The notes below the pieces were generated by a model, which was given only the letters and a program-made list of their open reading frames with translations, was not told the origin of the DNA and searched no databases. Positions 54,801-64,000 of a stretch of DNA of 64,000 bases are shown here, in pieces; the first letter of the stretch is position 1, and each line of letters begins with the position of its first letter. Source of the stretch: Guillardia theta CCMP2712. Taxonomy: Eukaryota; Protista; Cryptophyta. Location of the stretch: assembly GCF_000315625.1 (NCBI RefSeq), contig NW_005434644.1, positions 54,775-118,774 on the forward strand, written 5' to 3'. Both the position numbers and the translations under genes were made by a program.

Positions 54801-55305
54801 CCAGGAGTGTTTTGTCAATGAGATGATTGCATTCAGTGATGCTGGTTGGGGTACCGAGATTATTACGAGACGGAGTCAAAGCGGATATGGAATCGTTCTG
54901 AATGGTGGGGTAGTCGTCTTCGGTTCAAAAATGCAGAAGGTTGTTGCCCTGAGTTCTTCAGAAGCTGAAATTTATGCTGCCACCACCTGCGCGAAACTAG
55001 TCAAGCTTTATAGAAATCTCTTGGGTCAGATGGGATTTACGCAGACTCGTCCTACTCTCTTGCTAATCGACAATGAACCATGTCTGAGGCTTTTGTGGGA
55101 CAAGCGAAGTTATAGTCGACTCAAACACATTGATATTCGAACGAAGTATGCTGTTGATTTGGTAGAAAAGGACGAGCTCTATCCAGAAAAGATTCATACT
55201 TCTTATCAGCCTGGTGATTTGCTGACGAAAGTTCTGCCTTTGAATCGGTGGAGGCTCCTTGGTGAATTTCTCTTCGGAGACCCCTTACCGGATATGCTGC
55301 TCTGA
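48865..55305 (+). CDS. Copia Gag-Pol polyprotein (2146 aa, uninterrupted; first ATG ~48874)
   Basis: Protease FLLDSGAN; integrase HHCC (WHLRLGH...CHTC) and DDE (WHMDL, SDNGSEF, AERGIRS); RT DISAAFLYG, KSLYGLRIAPRRW, FVDD; RNase H FSDAGWG...SSSEAEIYA...DN...KHIDIR. Confidence 0.97.
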   Translation: MTIMSMSMPDLQEELKRSHGDVQVDKLKHGKVTSKEKLEDLFLPFSGAMSRFRPNLGACFLKLLDLFPIDETGSFVGEFHEMWESSPEGLEKFSSLEWKIQVTALFLHAGYIWKNGKKFKDALEKFKKLRGKFEEAIAASEDVNDGASEDGEMGNPLDTSVVFSPHKYQISPRLFRSSADRQEVEVLFEDIAEVLVSTNSYFRVKLKDDFDIEWQMSGGGNYPLAFFKTLALVRWNVKQRSGAELIELTEDEGRDQLRALAKQPLESEEAFWRNVDKIKLLFKNLKDSIQGVVGAHQRMGPLEIQIAELLHARCKESTCESLQSLALNRELRNWKKSNMRPEKISLDEIFHWGRILKTRSKTTTTVTPAMDAKGDVSVVNITVASEPLVPNEPQAVGEVAVGKKRSSGSGENSGQADSGENSHVDPKWYGNYPVRGSIPPSYPQGIMFPSQDPFFNFYAQGQPSMYPFPIQGPVGNVPTFYQASGQAPSGPGRTGQDQAAFDPSSYRGGFPGRGGEGDGGPNHTGYRGRGRRNQDGYHNGGRGSFKGGYGRGQGGQKGHGGKGWKGGRGHGNFNHNHNYNNNNYNQNNGNYKNQRFNPRGVESEQPSSVLQNLLSGGVVDAETTRKMGEALIQAAQRMAANASSSSHSHQQKADADGQRNESEKKSSVPANPFERSSAQNATESASQANRRQGAWKANFTFGLDSTSTIEELQEIALQVKEKEGAGGHTFLLDSGANISMVKEESMLFDVQAGPEFQVLTAGGTVVCDKVGKLRLQLVCPTTNTCLDEIIVNVRVCPLVPISLLSLDDVLGTDYHMLSRGSRSALKSYICSEDGALKIDVFQRDRLYFLQTVFMGDGKISVACNSTTSCAGTSNGDNYSGGPSSLVTLKPEENMCEQSRLSAATESAIWHLRLGHLEAKIQKLLADSVKYVTYDRRLKKSPCHTCRIAKFVSRPIHRQSDFRQERASEVNQVWHMDLKDVIVQSEPGGYRYFLIIVDVFSGFVRVRPMRTKSQTTAILKEILLQEDRDSSRPKVQKIVSDNGSEFSSVELESFFVDHGIRHDKIPEYSQVYNAFAERGIRSVMSIHRTLLRQSGVPRSKWEYSVQQAVLLYNILPSGRNLGYSSPYLIYTTEQFDYRKLKVFGCSTFFKNELRTSKVDDPAIHGLNLGNACAFSGYKVGYLVWDIEHDRIVHTNNLTFDEMYFPLRCRRFQASNVEDELLKELVPCAPVASDDDEDSSENASETELQIPEEVATSGRKRHCQGGSGPDASEVSASKRLQLEFPPSSVQGLTSGDQREDTGEHRLRDDTEYVPDGAMSPVPPAGRRTRRDFKAERGVLESKYVNRDVEVLVNGQVEQGKILQMVFKEGKFLARIVFPTLDNYWVLRSVTDPDIKFLEQTEQKAMVVLTSGETISEVCMLADYYSCSFPPNVFGDMTDHTKVFKPCLDRAADEIKDVVEATVGGSPEVVVLSQHKKFPQYLQVTHIVQGSTESEEILYVWDRGEDRTSLQPASQRFVPVWRDEMYKTRLQHVDPVSSAPQVSANVDPTFRDTRLLVANLALVSPVWDAVELASDLLSLMSSDRDNPAAMPENQADYAMTAACDAGDVENESSFDKLPDPKTRSEMLRRPDRHLWEQAEKEEIAKIESRGVWEVVTRDQKNRESNHSVLARALWVYASKRDLKGKILKRKGRLVIMGNLLPSSEELFAPTTSLDNIRLLLSIAAGNRWRITFRDISAAFLYGDLEVPVYLIPPDIMSLPPECLLKVLKSLYGLRIAPRRWYLKFTQVLKTVGASGIGHDEIIYRYSNCAGDVLLLTVFVDDLLIVSQTEAVKIEFLEKLNTVFDFSGSEATGTFLGIKIEQNDDQGRITLSQQHFIEKIVERFEIVARGVKTVLPGHYLKTYHLEGKLLNKKEVRTYQSLLGSILYVANCTRVDIAFATSVLSRFARAPRQCDMDALIHLLQYLYTTREVQIVYHCHGVSYHQECFVNEMIAFSDAGWGTEIITRRSQSGYGIVLNGGVVVFGSKMQKVVALSSSEAEIYAATTCAKLVKLYRNLLGQMGFTQTRPTLLLIDNEPCLRLLWDKRSYSRLKHIDIRTKYAVDLVEKDELYPEKIHTSYQPGDLLTKVLPLNRWRLLGEFLFGDPLPDMLL

Positions 55306-56817
55306 GGATGCTCGCCTGTCATGCTCTCTGCGCTTCTGTCAGGGACAGTGCTACTCTGTTCCCATGCCGTCAGTCGCCAAAGTTGTATGCCCCGTGTGTG
55401 ATTGACGGTGATCCGAGCTCCAGTCTCCGACAAGGAGATTCAACCGATCCTGCTGCGGTGGCTTCCAGGCTTTATCTTCCGTCTTTTCTCCGATTCAGGG
55501 AGGGTGTCTCGGACCCTTGCCACCGAGTCCGTGTCGCTCGAGAATTGTCAGTCTTCCGTCTTCTATCCGATTCAGGGAGGGTGTCTCGGGTGATGTCACC
55601 GAGGAGACTCTCATGGAGAACGTGAAGGAATCGGATGAATCGGAAGGAGGATAAAGACAGACACGTCTTCCTCAAGCCTGTGGCTAGCTGCAACCAAGAC
55701 ATCTGTTCTAGGTTAGTATCTTAGAAACTCGCTCATCCTGATCTATGGAACCCATGACGGTAGTGAACGATGAAATTGAATGGCCAAAAAAAAAAAAAAT
55801 GAAAATTGAGAAAGAAATGACGGATGAGTCGAGATCGATAAGTCATGTGGTTGAAATGAAAGCGCTGACGTCAAAAATGATTGTGCCTTGGCAAAACAAT
55901 GATCCCCGGGGTAGATAGGATAGAAAGGGCCCATAGATTAGAAACGAGAAAATTGTGTTCAAAACAATCAGAGATCAATCAATGCATTGCAAGAATTCTG
56001 AACCTGATCTCTGGAGCTTGATTGGAATTCTAAATTCTTGGCATCATCAATGGGTGGAGATGTCTTCATTGCTCAATGCGCAAGCTTCAGAGAGGTCACA
56101 TGATGACCAATCCCATCATGAGGATCAGGTTGAAGAGGAGGAGGAGCTGTCTGACTTGAAAGATGCAGATGTGTTCAGGACTTAGTCTTGAACTGACACT
56201 GCAGGCAGCTGGGAAGAGTTTATGATGGAAGGTGAGGAGGAGCACAGGTGCATGCGGACAGCGCAGGCGGATGAGGAGCGTCTCTGTGGCATGCGGATGG
56301 TACAAGCTGAGGAACCCGTGTGCACGAGCCTCAGGATGCGCTAGAGGAGGACAGCGCAGGTGCTGCAGGAGTGCTGCTGAAGCGCAAGCGCTGGAGGAGC
56401 AGCGCAGGCCCTACGATGGTGGGGAGAAGCCGCAGCGGTGCACTGTTGGCGGGGTGCGACTGCACTGCATCCGCAGCGCAAGCGGAGGAGGAGCGCAGGT
56501 GTCACAGGAGGAGAAACGCAGGTGCACCAGGGTGCACACTTGAAGCGAAGGAGGAGCGCAGGAGGCATGCAAGATGGGGGATGAGCCTGTGCAGAACGGT
56601 TGATGGAGTGGTAGCAGCAAGATGACCTTGGAGAGGAGAGCAGCATGGAAGTCAGCTTGGGAAAGATGTTGATGGTCAGGTGATGGGAGCAGCTGACAAC
56701 GCTGCAAGAAGCTAGAGCGAGCGTTGGAAAGGAGGACATCGCAGGGGACAGCTGCTTAGCTGTCAAGCAGATGATTTTGACAAGCTGAGAAGGTTGCAGC
56801 CTTCTGACTTGCTTCCC

Positions 56818-56827
56818 AAAGGGAGGG
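56818..56827 (+). other. Polypurine tract AAAGGGAGGG
   Basis: Immediately 5' of the 3' LTR. Confidence 0.85.
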
Positions 56828-57317
56828 TGTAAGAACTCAGGTTCTGACAAACCTCTCAGAAGTTCTTTCAGACGCGATAAGTTCAAGGGATGCGTCTAAT
56901 CAGGTTGTGAACCAAGTGAAGCCTGCAGGTCCAAGCTAGTGGGCTGGAGCTTAGTCTGTGACTTAGAAGATCCGGTTGGTTGGAGCCTGGGGAAGCTGAG
57001 GCGGCGCCGGAGGAATCAAGAGGCGCCGGCTGTCGAAGAGGCAGCACTCGTACAGTGGTGGAAGTAAGGCGGTGGTGTGTGAAGGGAAGCTGTTTGGTTG
57101 GTCTTGCTGCTACGAGTGTTGGGAATAAAGTGCTGGGGATTGTTGGGAAGTTGATCTGAGTTATCTGAGGTGTTTGGTTGGCTGTGAAAGTCATTGGTGT
57201 CTTCGTGCGCACATCATCTGTGAGTCTTGGTCTTTGGACTTATCAGTCAGCTGTTGAGCTGTTCTACTAGTCATTCATCTGTGCACAGACTCTAGGAGTC
57301 AGGAATTGATTCCAATA
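56828..57317 (+). repeat. 3' LTR
   Basis: Near-identical to 48185-48674. Confidence 0.95.
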
Positions 57318-57840
57318 GTTAAAATCACTGACTCAGTATCGGAGGACAATCAGGAGAGTCAAGGAGGCTTGACCCTGACACTGTCGCACAGGCCAAACGG
57401 CGAGAAGAGAAAGACAGCGAGAACCAAACCCAATCCTGCCGACTGCTGCCCCCCACTGCCAGACGGTGCGCACTGGACAAACAGTCACCGGGTGTGACCC
57501 CGGCGTTTGAGTTTTGTGCGAGCATGTTCAGTCAGTGCCAAGTTCGGAGCCGGGCCCCGCAGTGACGGTGCCATGATCATCCGACATGATAGCCCGTCCC
57601 GGCCGGCCCGGAGTCGGGCCCGGCGGCCCCGAGCCGACTCGCATTGAATGCCCCGGTGCCGCAGGCAGGATCAGATCGGACCATCATGGGCCGAGCGGCA
57701 CTCAGTTGACTTGCCAGTTGAACTGGCGGGCCGGACTCGGGAGCCTCGGGGGCACTGGCAGGCTGCGTGTCGGACTCGGGCGCGGCGGGAGTCGGAACTC
57801 GGAACTTAAACTTCGGACAGTGACTCGGAAGTTCGCAAGA

Positions 57841-57871
57841 GTCTTTACTCAAAGTTAAGTTAAATCAGTAC
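57841..57871 (+). repeat. Inverted-repeat motif, copy 3 (GTCTTTACTCAAAGTTAAGTTAAATCAGTAC)
   Basis: Direct read; complementary to 47949-47982. Confidence 0.85.
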
Positions 57872-58072
57872 GAGGCCCTCACAATCAGGCCATACGTCAT
57901 CCGATCTTGTCATCTTCAACCGTAATAAAACCTCGCTCAATTTTAAAGTCCTTCATCACCCCTATTTCTCTAGGCACAAAGGGGGGTATATACATTTTTT
58001 TTTAAAAGTGACTTTTGCTGGGACATGAATATAAGGGGACAAGAGTCTTGTCTTATTATTACCCACTACGGA

Positions 58073-58178
58073 CCCTAACCGTACCCTACCCTACCCTAAT
58101 CCTACCCTAACCTTACCCTATCATTCCCTATCATTCCTATCATACACTACCCTACCCTACCCTACCCTACCCTACCCT
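58073..58178. repeat. Degenerate (CCCTA)n / (TAGGG)n telomere-like repeat; related tracts at ~6505-6531 and ~23312-23376
   Basis: CCCTACCCTACCCTAATCCTACCCTAACCTTACCCTA read directly. Confidence 0.8.
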
Positions 58179-59157
58179 GGAGTCCACTGGCATTTTATAG
58201 AGCACCCTTCATCTTCGAAATGAGTGAAATTCCATGAGGGCAAAACTACACACCCCATGCCCCACCCACCCCTACCTCCTTCTCTCCTACAAACCCACCC
58301 TGCCCACCCCCATCACCCCTCTCAAATAAAAGGACATTTTACAAGAGACCCTACCGGGATCTTTCTGGAGTCCAGTTCGAAACAGAGGGGGGTAGGGTAC
58401 GGTAAAACTTCTAATAAAATTAACGATAGTACGGAGGTGGGGTGTGTTAATCAGGAAAATGGGGGGTGAGGGTTCCCAAGAGGCCGTACAGGCTGTTCTA
58501 AAAATGAGCCAGTTTTAACTTAAAAAGGTTTTAATCCTTGCAAGTTTTTAGTTAATGAGCTCCATGGCGGAGCGCCGGTGGAATGCAACTTGATAGAGGG
58601 AGGGGAGGGAGGGGAGGGAGGGGAGGGAGGGGAGGAGGAGGTTGTTACAGATGGGGCTCGACAAGAATTTTGACTGAGTGCAGGAGAGCTGGTGAGGTAG
58701 CAGGTTATAGTGGTAGGGAAAGAGGCAGGGTAAGCAAAGCGGTTGATATCACTATAGAACAGAATTTAACCGCAGGAAGCGTAACGCGGGGAGCGGTAGG
58801 CGTTGAAGGGAAGGTGGATTGGATAGTGAGGAGATAAGATCACATACATGTGGCACACAGCTGGAGATGAAGTTAGGCCTAGAGGGGTCTTACTGTATGT
58901 AGGAACGATGTTGGGAACACACCTTAGTTGATATCGAGTTTACTTCCTCTGGGTTGCCAGTGACCCCGCATAGATTGAATTTGAGAACACACGCTGTGAC
59001 ATTTGAGAGTTTTGGTACCACTCCACTTGAGGAAGGCACTGACCTAGCCATGCATCATTGACACTTCGTCCTGGTTGATATCAACTGACAATCTTGCACC
59101 AGGTGCTTTAACCTGAACTTGCATGGCCATCGTTTCCTGATCACCCTGTGCTCAACA

Positions 59158-60652
59158 ATGTCACTGCCATTTTCTGTTCATTACTTTGACTCGGCTGTCG
59201 AGCCATCCAGTCCATCTCCTCCGAACCTTTACGCCTCCAAGAGCGACAAGGTAGAAGGCAAGTCCTGTAGCAGGTGCAGGAGCCACAAGATCAAGTGCGA
59301 TCGCTACCGGCCGTGTGGGAAGTGCCTGAGGGTGGGCGCCGCATCGGACTGCGATGCGATCCGAGACATGACGACCTGTCTTATCTGCAAGCGAGCGAAG
59401 CTCAAGTGTGACCGGCAGCGACCTTGTGCCTCCTGCATCCGTCGGGGGAAGGAGAAGCACTGCATCAACAGCGACGGCTTCCAGGCGCTAGTTGAGCAGA
59501 CACAGCAAGCAAGCATGATCGATCGCCCGCTGCCCTTGAGCCTGTCGATGATCATCAAAGATATGCCCCTGCCCGACCGAGACGCCAAGACAGGCTTGTT
59601 CGGTCCGTTCATCATGCGCGTCTCTCGTTCGGGGTACAAGCCCACAGTCATGCAGTACATGTTGAACTCGATGGGGACAGAGCTGCGGTCGGTCTTGCAC
59701 GACATCTTGGAGGCGGTGTTGCTGCTGCAAGGGTCGCAGACCTCAAAGAGACTTGACAGAGTCTGCTTCCAGGACTTCCAGCCGATACAGCCAGTCTTGA
59801 ACATGGAGGACAAGGACGATAGCGTGAACATCTGCGATGCCTTGAGCCTGGATAGATGTCGAGACGCGGTCGGGTGCTGGAAGGTCTTCTGGGCACCAGG
59901 AGCGAACGACCGCGAGCAGATTCAGATGAATGCTGCGTTGGGAAAGCTGATGAATCGAAACCCGGAGGAGCTGCTGGCGCGAGCGGGGTCGAGCGAGTGG
60001 GACTTCCCGTCCTCGGACATCGAGTTTCTCTGCCTTATCTTGGACGACATCTTAGGAGCGATGGACGACAAAATTTTCCGCTATCACAGGCTATGCAGGA
60101 AATCGAGGACGGGGCAGCTGGAAGAGTCGTTCCTAGTGCGGGTCCTGTCCACGAAGGAGAGGGACTTGACCGGCAAGGTCGTGTCCACAACCAACGTGGT
60201 GGAGGTGATCAGTCCTGAGGAGTGGGACAGGATACACGCTGATCCGAAGCGCCGGTACTGCTGCTGCTGCTCCCCTCCCTCGCCTCGCACTTGCTGCCCA
60301 ACCTCTCCCTGGCTCCGCTACTTTGACTTGCGATCTCAGGAAAATCTACATCCAACTCCGCGAGTTTCTCGACAACGAGGTTCCAACGGGGGAGGAGCTA
60401 CTGAGCGAGCACATTCGTGATCAGGTTCGTCTTGCTTTGAGTACCTCCTTGCTCCTCAAATGTACATGCCAGCTCTTCTCGGAGCACTTCGCAGCTCTGA
60501 ATCAGTCCTCTGAGGGGCAGCTGAAGCTTGCAAGGGTTGCGGAGTTCTTAAGGCAACGCTTCCAGCAAATCATCTCGCTGGCCAGCATGAAGAAGCAGGC
60601 GATGTTGGCCCATGGCCGAGCGATTGCTGCACAGCAGGCGAGCAGAGCATGA
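59158..60652 (+). CDS. Transcription factor with two tandem Zn(II)2Cys6 binuclear clusters
   Basis: CSRCRSHKIKCDRYRPCGKCLRVGAASDC and CLICKRAKLKCDRQRPCASCIRRGKEKHC (CX2CX6CX5CX2CX8C). C-terminal exons continue to 60652. Confidence 0.9.
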
Positions 60653-60871
60653 AGGTGAGGAGAGGGAAGAAGGTTTGATCTGAGAAGTGAGTATATCAAT
60701 TGAAGTTTTTGTGAATTTTGACCCATGAGCGTCTGGTTAGTCCATCAGCCACGCATGCGGTGGTTGTCCCTGCCCTCCTGACAGCATAACTTCACATGTG
60801 ATCACCGCCAGCGCGCCACACTCCTCCCCCCTCCCCCCCGTCCGGATCATTCCCCTCCTGTTCCTCCTTCT

Positions 60872-61037
<166 letters not shown>

Positions 61038-62071
61038 ACTCTCTATTTCCCGCTTCCTCCTCCTCCTCCTGCTCATTCTCATTCTCACCGCGAGCATTTG
61101 ACAACACGTGTTGCGCTGCCAGCTTCACACTGAACGAGGTTCGAGGGTCTGCAATTTTGGCCTGGAGTAAGGAAGATGAGATGGAGATTGGCAGAGAAAG
61201 AGAAGATGAGAAGAGAACGAGAGGGACAAGGAGGAGAAGCAGAGAGGGCGAGAGAGAGGGAGAGGGAGGGGGNNNNNNNNNNNNNNNNNNNNNNNNNNNN
61301 NNNNNNNNNNNNNNNNNNNNNNNNNNNNNNNNNNNNNNNNNNNNNNNNNNNNNNNNNNNNNNNNNNNNNNNNGGTATCGAGGTCGGGGGAGAGGGGGTTG
61401 GGAAGGAGTTTACATTGAGGGGCGTGATATCGACTGCTGCTTCATTGATAGCAAGTCGTGACATGAACCTGGGCAGACTTTGAGCCAGACAAGCAAAAGA
61501 AAACCAAATGAGAAGCAGATGGAAGAGGAAAGGATCGAAATGGAAAAACAATCGAGTACAAAATGAGATTGAAGAGGCAACTTGGTTGCGATACTTGAAA
61601 TGCAGATGTCGTCAGAGCATGACAAAGAGCAGAAGCAGGAGCATAGCAATAGAAGCAGGAGCAGGAGCAGGAGCAGGAGGAGCAGGAGGAGCAGGAGGAG
61701 CAGGAGGAGGAGAAACAGAGAGGAAGATCAGCACGAACCTGCATGCCAGAAGCTGGATGAAGGCGTCCGGCCGGGAGAGAAAGGGAAAAGTAGCCTCCAC
61801 CAGCCTCCTAGGCCAACAAGAGAGACGAGGAGGAGGTCAGAGAGAAAAGAAGAGGAGAAACCGAAGGATCTCGGAGGATCTCGGAGGATCTTGGAGGATC
61901 TTGAAGGATGGAAGCGGATCAATAAGAAAGAGGAGAGGATGCTGGAAGGATGTTGAGTGAACAAGGGATGGTGGTGGTTGATGTGATGCCGTTGGTACAT
62001 GAGCAGAAGCAGAAGTAGGAGCTGGAGCTGGAGCTGGAGCTGGAGCTGGAGCTGGAGCTGGAGCTGGAGCT

Positions 62072-62135
<64 letters not shown>

Positions 62136-62145
62136 AAGAAGCAGC

Positions 62146-62183
<38 letters not shown>

Positions 62184-62189
62184 AAGAAG

Positions 62190-62225
<36 letters not shown>

Positions 62226-62639
62226 GAGGAGAAGCTCTCACGGGTCATCTCTCTTCAGCTCGCCTCGCTCTGCCCTCAGACTGCATGTCAAAGTCACTCT
62301 TGCTCGTGTCTCTGCTGGGCTCTTCCACACCTCAGCTTTCTCAGCTCGTCCTTGAGCTGAGAGTCATTGAGCTGCTCCCACCCTCTGATCTCCCCCAGCA
62401 GCTTCTCCTGCTCAAAGTTTTCCTGCTCCACTCGCCAAGCCATCCTGCATTTGCAGCTTTCAGCGGCTTTGCCGGCAACCCCGCCCAATACCTCCTCTCC
62501 CTCCTCCTCTCCCTCCTCCTCTCCCTCCTCCTCTCCCTCCTCCTCTCCCTCCTCCTCTCCCTCCTCCTCGCCTCTTTCTCATGCTCTCATCCTCTCCTAT
62601 TCTGCGCCACCTGTCCACTCTTGTCTCGTTGAGCCTCCG

Positions 62640-63975
62640 CCCGCCTGATGAGGACGAGGAGCCGAAGAGTGAGAAGTCAACGAGCGCAAGGCAGTCGCCG
62701 AGCTGGGAACAGCAGACAGCTGGGCAGCAGCTGCAGGCTCGGAATGGCGGCGAGGGACGACAGGACCCTGTCAAAGTCGAGTTGACAAAGAAGTTCAGCT
62801 GACAAGTCTGCTGGTCGAGTATCAGCTGGACTTTGACCCGATCTCCCTGTCCGAACTGCTTCCCCGTGTCCACCAAGATCTGATCCCCTGACTGAGAGAG
62901 GAGGAGAGGAACAAGAGAGGTGAAGAGGAGAAGAGGGAGGGGAAGCAAGGGGACAACGGGAGGCGAACGAGAGAGGAAGGGATGGCAATAGTCATCAACT
63001 CGATTACTGTGATTATCATGATCTCACCCGGATCATCCCTGTGTGTGAGATGTACCTAACGTTTGAACATGTCACTCAACAGCAAGCATGCATAAATGTA
63101 CTGAATCACCGCAACAGTTGAAAACATTCCCTTCTTCCCAAATGCTTTCTACATTGCGAAACCCGATCCCCGCCCACCCCGCCCCCGCTTCAACCAACCT
63201 CTACTCATTCCCTCTCGTGCCTTCGCCTCTCCACTCATCATCCTTTCTGTCCTCCATGCCAGGCACTTTCACCTTCTCAGGAGAGCAGAGAATGTCAACT
63301 CACCATGTCCGATTGCGAAGCGTATGCGACAACCAGCAGGCGTTGAGATTCAGATCAGCATCCATCATTCCAATAAAAGCACCGCCATGATCCTTCTCAT
63401 TACTATTAGCAAAGCACACCAACACAACATGTGAGGTGGAGACAACTGGCACAGATTATATGTGAAGCAAATCGCCTACAACCTTACCAGACAACAGAAC
63501 AGACGAGAAACAACAGCAGACACCCAGCTCAGAGATTGGAAGGTAGACCGTGAATCATCTCACCTGGATCACAAGAAATTCCCACATGTGACTCCCCGTC
63601 TCCAGTCCTGCGCCTGCTGTCATCGGAGCAGGCAACCAGCGACGGGCTACCGCCATCGACCATGGCGGCGGCGAACTCATTCTTGGTGTTGACAAGTAAG
63701 TTGTTCCTGACATGAATGCTCTTGGACCACTTCCTCCAAGTACAAGCTTCTCCTGCTCGCCCCGACCCCACAGGAGGATGCGTAGTAGCCGCTGCTTCGT
63801 CCTCCACGCAGCAGACGCGCTCCACCCAATGCTCAGAAGTCACCCACATCTGAGAGACTTGGAGGAGGCAACACAACACTTGGCTCGTCACTCTCTCGCA
63901 GATTTCATCCACCATCGAGTCCCATCTCGACCGTGAGGCTGCCTCATCCTTCTCTAGCTCCACTGACCTCACCAC
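62640..63975 (-). CDS. Probable F-box + SPRY-like protein (partial, spliced)
   Basis: F-box-like MVDEICERVTSQVLCCLLQVSQMW; SPRY-like beta segments GAFIGMMD, AGWAGIGF and FGQGDRVKVQLILDQQTCQLNFFVN. Confidence 0.45.
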
Positions 63976-64000
63976 CTCTCCCGCACTCCCTCCACCGCTG

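Larger units (their letters stand above)
48185..57317 (+). mobile_element. Intact full-length Ty1/Copia LTR retrotransposon (~9.1 kb), TSD GTTAA
   Basis: 490-bp LTRs; 5-bp TSD GTTAA at 48180-48184 and 57318-57322; single ORF with Copia domain order PR-IN-RT-RH; PPT before the 3' LTR. Confidence 0.97.

Overview
Eukaryotic nuclear DNA with several assembly gaps. It is gene-dense, with many ~45-55 nt spliceosomal introns (CTGAC-like branch points) and longer introns made of GAG/CTC/CTG microsatellites. This style, and the gene content (a bipartite-leader plastid protein, Zn2Cys6 factors), suggests a cryptophyte alga (Guillardia/Hanusia-like); that is an inference. Genes read by splicing exons by eye, in order: a kinesin-14-like fragment, a PH + single-domain 6TM voltage-gated channel + EF-hand protein, a tandem-PDZ protein, a small survivin-like BIR protein, a protein or gene pair with a duplicated unknown domain, DNMT2, CSTF2, a SEL1-repeat protein, a probably plastid-targeted YbaK-OB-3'5' exonuclease-DUF3427-like fusion, a GT47/RXYLT1-like + GT25 double glycosyltransferase, a long coiled-coil protein, DBT (BCKDH E2), a double Zn2Cys6 transcription factor and a probable F-box/SPRY-like protein. 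The most unusual object is an intact, very young Ty1/Copia element (48185-57317). It has TG...TA LTRs and no tRNA primer-binding site; a perfect 28-bp palindrome with an alternative pairing partner sits there instead. Its Gag has an RGG/Asn-rich region and no zinc knuckle, a Tudor-like module follows the integrase, and it is inserted inside a recurrent inverted-repeat motif. Exon boundaries are approximate where no splice sites are given.
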